Under the pieces are notes generated by a model. That model was given only the letters and a program-made list of their open reading frames with translations. It did no database searches and was not told the DNA's origin. This document shows positions 58,444 to 64,000 of a DNA stretch of 64,000 nucleotides, one piece after another. Where the stretch lies: positions 85,411 through 149,410 of the IMG/VR virus record IMGVR_UViG_3300045988_119030. One strand, 5' to 3'. Position 1 is the first letter of the stretch, and each line of letters begins with the position of its first letter. A program made the position numbers and the translations under genes. This DNA comes from a virus.

Positions 58444-58531
58444 TGGTGCTTCGAGAGAGACTTGAACTCTCACCATCCGTTCGGATAATCGGGTTTGAGC
58501 CGATCGCGTCTGCCAATTCCGCCATCAAAGC
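58444..58531 (-). tRNA. tRNA-Leu(CAA), type II
   Basis: loop CUCAAAC, long variable arm. Confidence 0.8.
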
Positions 58532-59093
58532 ATAACTAAGAGGATTTTTGAGAAGAATCCTCAAAACTTCTTTCTAAATCATCTAATGGAAGTTTTAAGA
58601 AGATCTTCCAACTTCTCTCTAATCTTAATCGCACTTTAGGGCGGCCGTCCCTTCGCGGCGTCACGATTTGCATAATTTACTATATTACCATTTTATTTTC
58701 CGAAAAAGGCTACAAATCAAAACGGGAGTTATTTAAGAATAACTTCTAGACTACGCTAACTCTTCAAATTTTCTCTTCTTAGTGGGAAAAACTTTCTTAG
58801 CGCTGAAACCAAAATCACTATTAGCATTTTGTATATATTATCTTATTGTATATAAGTTTCATTAATATACCTTATCTATTATATCATTTAGTATATTGTA
58901 TTAGTTTTTAATTAATAAGATAATATTTCTGGCTGCTTTTATCACCAATCATATAATCGGTCATATTGGGCAATGCTCCCAAACTTGCGGTTTACTTAAC
59001 CGCCGTGCTTACTCTTTACACCATATAACCATTTCTATTCACTATTAGCGTTACCCATCATCTACCTCGTGGCGGTTGTGAATTTTAGATGAC

Positions 59094-59165
59094 TGGACTT
59101 CGTGAGAATCGAACTCACCTGATTTTCTGTGTGCAAGACAGACGACCACGCCATGCAGTCCCGAA
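59094..59165 (-). tRNA. tRNA-like (anticodon UGC, Ala-like) with truncated D region, no CCA
   Basis: good T arm and anticodon arm (CUUGCAC), but only about 10 nt where the D arm should be. Confidence 0.35.
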
Positions 59166-59256
59166 GCCCGAAGCGCGACTTATTTATGTATAGATGGAGT
59201 CGCCAACCACCTGCGTTCAAAGTCCGCAAGCCTTTAACGCATTCCCGGGGAGGGAC

Positions 59257-59333
59257 TGGTGCTGGAGAAAGGACTCGAACCTTCAGATTAATGATCCTAA
59301 ATCATTCGTCTATGCCAATTCGACTACACCAGC
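59257..59333 (-). tRNA. short-variable-arm tRNA with anticodon UAG (Leu-decoding anticodon), 3-bp D stem
   Basis: loop UUUAGGA; CCA encoded; unusual pairing of a type-II-style D arm with a type-I variable loop. Confidence 0.55.
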
Positions 59334-59339
59334 AAATAA

Positions 59340-59460
59340 AGAGTTTTATAACCCACATCGCGAAGATTCGAACTTCGTCAGTCATTGGACTCGAACCAAC
59401 TTTTACTCTTCTGGATTCCCAGAACCCATAGCCTTGATTAATGTGAGTATAGCCACTACT
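59340..59460 (-). ncRNA. tRNA-like fragments: two consecutive T-arm/acceptor-3' segments without matching 5' halves
   Basis: GUUGG-UUCGAGU-CCAAU-GACUGAC and CGAAG-UUCGAAU-CUUCG-CGAUGUG-G, only 6 nt apart. Confidence 0.3.
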
Positions 59461-59572
59461 TCACAATAAGTTTTACTTCGCTTCCTTATATTTAGTCGGG
59501 CGTTTTCCGCAAGCCACATACTCTTTCGATCGGTGGTAGTTTAAACTTACAAAATCCGTGTTAACGCCCCAA

Positions 59573-59649
59573 TGGCGGGAGATATAGGATTCGAACCTAT
59601 GGCATCTTGATTAACAGTCAAGCGCTCTGACCAGCTGAGCTAATCTCCC
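59573..59649 (-). tRNA. tRNA-Asn(GUU), second copy
   Basis: GGGAGAU acceptor, loop CUGUUAA, CCA encoded. Confidence 0.8.
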
Positions 59650-59689
59650 ATAAAAGAAGGACTTTTCAAAATCCTTACTTTATATATTT

Positions 59690-59718
59690 ATTATATTATA
59701 TTTTTTTTAAAAAATCAA
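59690..59718 (-). promoter_or_regulatory. sigma70-like promoter TTGATT-17-TATAAT
   Basis: upstream of tRNA-Asn (59649). Confidence 0.5.
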
Positions 59719-59776
59719 CTTTTCTCTTTTACCCAAGTTTTTTATTTTCTTTTTTCTTTCTTTATTTTATATAAAT

Positions 59777-59805
59777 ATTATATAATATTTTTTATAAAAT
59801 GTCAA
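59777..59805 (-). promoter_or_regulatory. sigma70-like promoter TTGACA-17-TATAAT (tandem with 59690)
   Basis: second copy about 90 nt upstream. Confidence 0.5.
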
Positions 59806-59984
59806 TAAGGTCTTTGAATTGGCATTAAATCATCTTCTGAAAGAAGCCACTTTTCACCATGTTCATCAAGGACTTCAATCTGATAATTTAATACTCGAAT
59901 AACAGTACATTTAAGATACTGTCTACGATAACAACGACCGCGATAAGGGACAAAACAATAAGAATTACCAACTTCAATATTCAT
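59802..59984 (-). CDS. hypothetical protein
   Basis: 60-aa ORF. Confidence 0.2.
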   Translation of the reverse strand: MNIEVGNSYCFVPYRGRCYRRQYLKCTVIRVLNYQIEVLDEHGEKWLLSEDDLMPIQRPY

Positions 59985-60018
59985 TATTTATTTTCTCCTT
60001 TCTCAACTTTCTATATAT

Positions 60019-60047
60019 ATTATATTATATATTTTTAATAAAATCAA
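60019..60047 (-). promoter_or_regulatory. sigma70-like promoter TTGATT-17-TATAAT
   Basis: upstream of 59802..59984. Confidence 0.5.
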
Positions 60048-60068
60048 AAAAGTTCTTTTTATTTAAAA

Positions 60069-60143
60069 TGGCAGGCGCCGTAGGATTCGAACCCACACCG
60101 CAAGGTTTTGGAGACCCGCATGCGACCGTTACACCAGACGCCT
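60069..60143 (-). tRNA. tRNA-Trp(CCA)
   Basis: loop CUCCAAA; anticodon stem 4 bp plus one mismatch. Confidence 0.7.
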
Positions 60144-60164
60144 ATAAAACAAGACCTTAACTTT

Positions 60165-60235
60165 GTCCGGAAAATGGATTTGAACCATTAACTTAATCTT
60201 AAATGATTATGACCTAACCTTTAGTCTATTCTGGA
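60165..60235 (-). tRNA. tRNA-like with noncanonical (6-nt) anticodon loop AUUUAA
   Basis: T arm AAUGG-UUCAAAU-CCAUU, acceptor with one mismatch, no CCA. Confidence 0.35.
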
Positions 60236-60276
60236 AGTTATTTTTGCTGTAAAGGTCTTTCTTTATTTTATAAATA

Positions 60277-60305
60277 TATTATATATTATTTTTTTAAAAA
60301 TGTCA
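60277..60305 (-). promoter_or_regulatory. sigma70-like promoter TTGACA-17-TATAAT driving the tRNA-Trp block
   Basis: consensus hexamers immediately after the stop of the Gly-rich fiber gene. Confidence 0.55.
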
Positions 60306-60313
60306 AAAAAATT

Positions 60314-61625
60314 TTTAATTGGTTATCAATTTCCATGTTGTACTATTTGTTTTTACATATACTCTACTGTCAGGATGAGCCATATAATAAGTTAAATATA
60401 CTGAACTATTTGCTGTACTATCACGATAAGGCTTAACATATATATAATAAGTAGTTCCAGCAGTAACTTTATAACAAATACCAAAATTAGTTCCAGTACC
60501 ACCATATTTTTTTGCATAATCATCATCACTAACTAAAATATTGGAAGAAGGCTATCCACTACTGTTAAGAGAAGTAATATTTGATGTTAAATATCCATAA
60601 GTGTCTATTGAAGAATTAGAATAAACAATAAAGTCCCCTGAAATAGTAGGAGTAAAAGAAAAATATCGACAAGTGCTTGGAGATAAAGTCCAAGAAGAGG
60701 TATTCTATTTGTTATAAGTAGGAGCAGATATTGACACAGTAGAATAAGCCCAATTCGTTATAGACTAAATAGTAATTCTTATATAGCCATCTCCACTATG
60801 ACCTGTTTCAGATGATCCCGTTGGAGAAGTAAATGAAGAATTACCAGCTATTGTAGAAGCAGAAGTAAGATAATGAGTGCTATTTAATAAACAACCAGAA
60901 GGATAGTTAGAAGCAGTGGATGAGGTATATACATAACCAGAACCTCCGCCACCATGATATTTTGTTCCACCCTGCATATTAGCGAGTGAAACAATTCCAC
61001 CATACCAGCCGCCTCCTCCAGCTCCATTTATATTATAAGAAGAACTGGATGAATATCCATTTCCTCCTACTCCAAAGCTATTTCCTGAAGTTTGTGTACT
61101 TAGGCCTGGACTGTTAGACCCTGCTGCACTGCTGGTGCCTCCACCGGCATCTCCGCTTTCTGTATTAGATCCCCAAGAGGTAGCTCCACCTCCGCCAGCG
61201 ACAATTACACGAGCGTAGAGAGAGTTTGATCCAATACGAATATCAGAAGCTCCTCCACCGCCACCGCTTCGAGACATAGATCCGGAGACTCCTCCAGTAC
61301 CGCCTCCATTAAATCCTCCTGTATAATCATTAGCAGAAGAAGAAATACAACCTCCTTTTCCACCAGTATATAAATATACTGTTTGAGAGGAAGAAAGAGT
61401 TAAAATTCCCGTTGAATATCCACCTTTTCCTCCTATAGCTGAAGCGTCAAAACCAAAGTTACTATTAGCACCATTTCCTCCCTAAGCACCCCAACATTCT
61501 AATTTATAAGTACCTTTTGGAAGGGTAATATTTTTATAAGTTCCACTATAAGGACAATTTAATATATCTCCTGTTTTTAAAGAAGAAGAAGAAGGAATTG
61601 AAGAAGTTAAGTCGTAAGTTGCCAT
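60314..61625 (-). CDS. glycine-rich fiber protein with CWG motif (paralog A), several in-frame TAGs
   Basis: ATG 61625 after SD AGGAGGAG; YKLECWGA*GGNG; SLYARVIVAGGGG block; listed ORF 60765..61277 ends at TAG and the frame continues to TAA at 60314. Confidence 0.45.
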
Positions 61626-63019
61626 GTAACGTCTCCTCCTTTCCAAGTTGTACTATCTGTTTTTATATATATAGCTTTAGTAGGAGCATAAGTATTAGAA
61701 TTGATTTTTATATTTAAAGGAGATAATACTGTAATACGAATATATCCATTTTGTCCTCCTGGATTAGTTTTAGTATATCCTATTGCAGTAGAAGCATTTG
61801 TTAAATAATAATTACTATTTAATAGACATCCAGAAGGATAATTAGAAGCAGTTGATAAAGTATATACATAACCAGAACCACCACCATTATAAGTTCTATA
61901 ATCAGCAGATCCATCACTAACATTAGTAGAAGCTCCACCCCCATACCAACCGCCTCCACCGCCACCAGGACCATAATTATAATTACCAGAACCAGTAGAA
62001 TTAGCTCCTTGTCCAAAAGATCCATTAGTACCAGCTTTAGTCTATGTAGCTTTATATTCTTCAACAGCAGAATTACCAGTTAATCCGCCACCTTGTTTAA
62101 CAGAAGAATTACTTTCTCCTGCTCCGCCACCACCGCCGCCAGCGACGATTACACGAGCGTAAAGAGAATCTGATCCAATACGAATATCAGAAGCTCCACC
62201 ACCACCGCCGCCGGAACTATAAGCAGAAGTATACCATCTAATTCTGGAGCTACCTCCTCCGTTAAATCCACCATTAACTACCTTACCTTTTTCACTATCA
62301 CTTGAATAACCACCATGTCCCCCGGTCTATAAATAAATAGTGGTAGGAACTGATAAAGAAAGAATTCCTATAGAATATCCTCCTGTTCCACCCCAATAAC
62401 TATTTTTTGAACTCGCAGGAGTATAAGTAGTATTACTTTCCTATTTCTAAATCTAAAAATAAACTTCTTCATTATCCACGGAATTTGAGCCATCTTTAGT
62501 ATAAGTCATTACAATAGTAGATCCTGATGATAAAGAATAAGTGTCAGTAGTAGTAAGAGAACTTGATCCAGAAACCGCATTTAAAACTGTATTTCCTCCA
62601 ACAATTAAAGTGACTTTATCATACCTTGCTTCAGTTTTATAATAATATGAAAATTTATAAGTCCCTCCAGAAATACAAGTTAATGTAGTTGTAGCAGTAC
62701 TTGAATTTATTCCTCCGTTAGTAGCTATCCAGTCATTTCCGTCTTGACGAAAATAATAATTTGAATCATTAACAGTAAAATAACTGGTCGCATTATGAGT
62801 TCCTATATATATCCATGAAGTTGTTGTTGATGAAGTTAAAGAACTAGAATAACCAATTCCGCCATAGCCACCCCAACATTCTAATTGATAATTTCCCGCT
62901 GGAAGTTTTACTGGATTTACCGCTCCTGAATAGCTACTATTAATAATATCTCCTGGAATAAATTTAATAGAAGAATAATCTGTTATAGAAGTTCCAGAAG
63001 GATTATAAGTATTTGGCAT
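61603..63019 (-). CDS. glycine-rich fiber protein with CWG motif (paralog B), at least 6 in-frame TAGs
   Basis: ATG 63019 after SD GGAGGAA; NYQLECWGGYGG; same SLYARVIVAGGGG block; listed ORFs 62453..63019 and 61819..62064 joined in-frame through TAGs, including a F*I*K* cluster. Confidence 0.4.
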
Positions 63020-63308
63020 TTAAATTCCTCCTCTATTAAGTGAAATACTAAATCCAAATATCTCCAACATTTCCGTCTGAAGCGGTGGGAGCAGAAGTGG
63101 ATACTTTAATATTTCTTAAAATATTATTGTTTAAATAAGAAGAATTAGTAGTGACAGATAAATTAGATCCCATAGAACCATTAGTAATCTAAGCTAAGTC
63201 TAATCCTGGATTAATGGGTAAAATATAATCACCGCTAGATGACCCTAATTGTATCTATCCGATAAAAGCTTCATCTTTATATAAAAAATTAGCTTCTACT
63301 GCCGTATT

Positions 63309-63590
63309 CTAATGCCAACACCCTAACCCATTATTAGAATGTTCTTTTTTAATATAATATTGAGCTAATTTTAATGCTCCTAAATTATTTATATTTATTG
63401 TTATATTAGTAATTGGATTTGTCGCAATATTATTCATATTCGGAATAAGGCCAATAATCATTCCGTCTTTATATTCTTTAATAGATTTAGCGGTTCCTGT
63501 GTAAGTTAATCCATCAGTAGAAATAATTGGAATAATTTCTAAACCGCCGCTTCCACTACGCATATGTTCTATTGCCTTTGGAATTGCCAT
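63309..63590 (-). CDS. hypothetical protein
   Basis: 93-aa ORF. Confidence 0.25.
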   Translation of the reverse strand: MAIPKAIEHMRSGSGGLEIIPIISTDGLTYTGTAKSIKEYKDGMIIGLIPNMNNIATNPITNITININNLGALKLAQYYIKKEHSNNGLGCWH

Positions 63591-63712
63591 TTAAATGACC
63601 TCCTTATAAATTTTATTATTTCTATAAAATCTAAAAATTTATAAGAAATCATTAATTTAATCTGGTTAAATAAATAAAACTCCTTACTAAATAAAATAGT
63701 AAGGAGTTAAAA

Positions 63713-63979
63713 TCAATTTAAACCAACATTTAAAATATAGCAAAAACCTGCTAACTTATATTCAGGTTTAAAAAAGTATTGAGCAAGAGCTTTGGCGCAA
63801 TGATCCGCAGAATTCCGTCCGGAAAGTTTAATATCGTTAAATCCAAGAGGAAGATATTTATCAATAATTTCATCCATATAAATCATATCTTTATTACCAA
63901 TTTCTGGAAACATAGAATCATTATTTTTAATAGTAGTACAATTTCTTTCTCTGTCATTAAAACTTTGAAAAAGATTCAT
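63713..63979 (-). CDS. hypothetical protein
   Basis: 88-aa ORF. Confidence 0.25.
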   Translation of the reverse strand: MNLFQSFNDRERNCTTIKNNDSMFPEIGNKDMIYMDEIIDKYLPLGFNDIKLSGRNSADHCAKALAQYFFKPEYKLAGFCYILNVGLN

Positions 63980-64000
63980 TTTAGAAAAAACATTATAATG

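Noticed and set aside
1-64000. CRISPR arrays, IS elements, integrase or attachment sites
   Set aside because: No direct-repeat/spacer arrays, no transposase or integrase motifs and no terminal inverted repeats seen; the repeats present are promoter blocks, terminator hairpins and the tRNA-flanking motif

Overview
This 64-kb window is from a large, AT-rich (about 30% GC) tailed-phage genome with almost every gene on the minus strand; no CRISPR array or transposon is visible. Minus-strand layout: (1) 0-30 kb, an early/DNA-metabolism module: RecA/Sak4-like ATPase, GIY-YIG nuclease, ATP-dependent DNA ligase, split type-IIA topoisomerase with RNase H between the two subunit genes, holin plus two-domain endolysin, PIN-PhoH, flotillin/SPFH. 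It also has a P-loop kinase, three phosphoesterases, an Rnl2-like RNA ligase, a Pol-beta nucleotidyltransferase, and a NADAR + macro-domain + HslV-like cluster. (2) 30.7-35.3 kb: a clear major vault protein (MVP) homolog next to a Ro60/TEP1-like (TROVE/DUF2828 + vWA) protein. (3) Two dense tRNA arrays (35.4-39.3 kb and 50.2-60.2 kb, about 35 tRNA or tRNA-like genes). Several are interrupted in the anticodon loop by non-group-I insertions (one carries a nuclease-like ORF), two loci have a circularly permuted 3'-half/5'-half order, there are orphan halves, and one is a type-II suppressor tRNA with anticodon CUA. (4) 39.4-49.7 kb and 60.3-64 kb: tail-fiber/tailspike and glycine-rich fiber paralogs whose reading frames run through many in-frame TAG codons. 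TAG read-through frames also occur in early genes, and two paralog alignments put TAG opposite Gln. This indicates amber-codon reassignment and explains the fragmented late-region ORF track. A near-consensus sigma70 promoter (TTGAYW-17-TATAAT) recurs about 20 times on the minus strand, typically just downstream of a hairpin/U-tract terminator. All calls are from reading the sequence and from remembered family motifs. No database search was possible.
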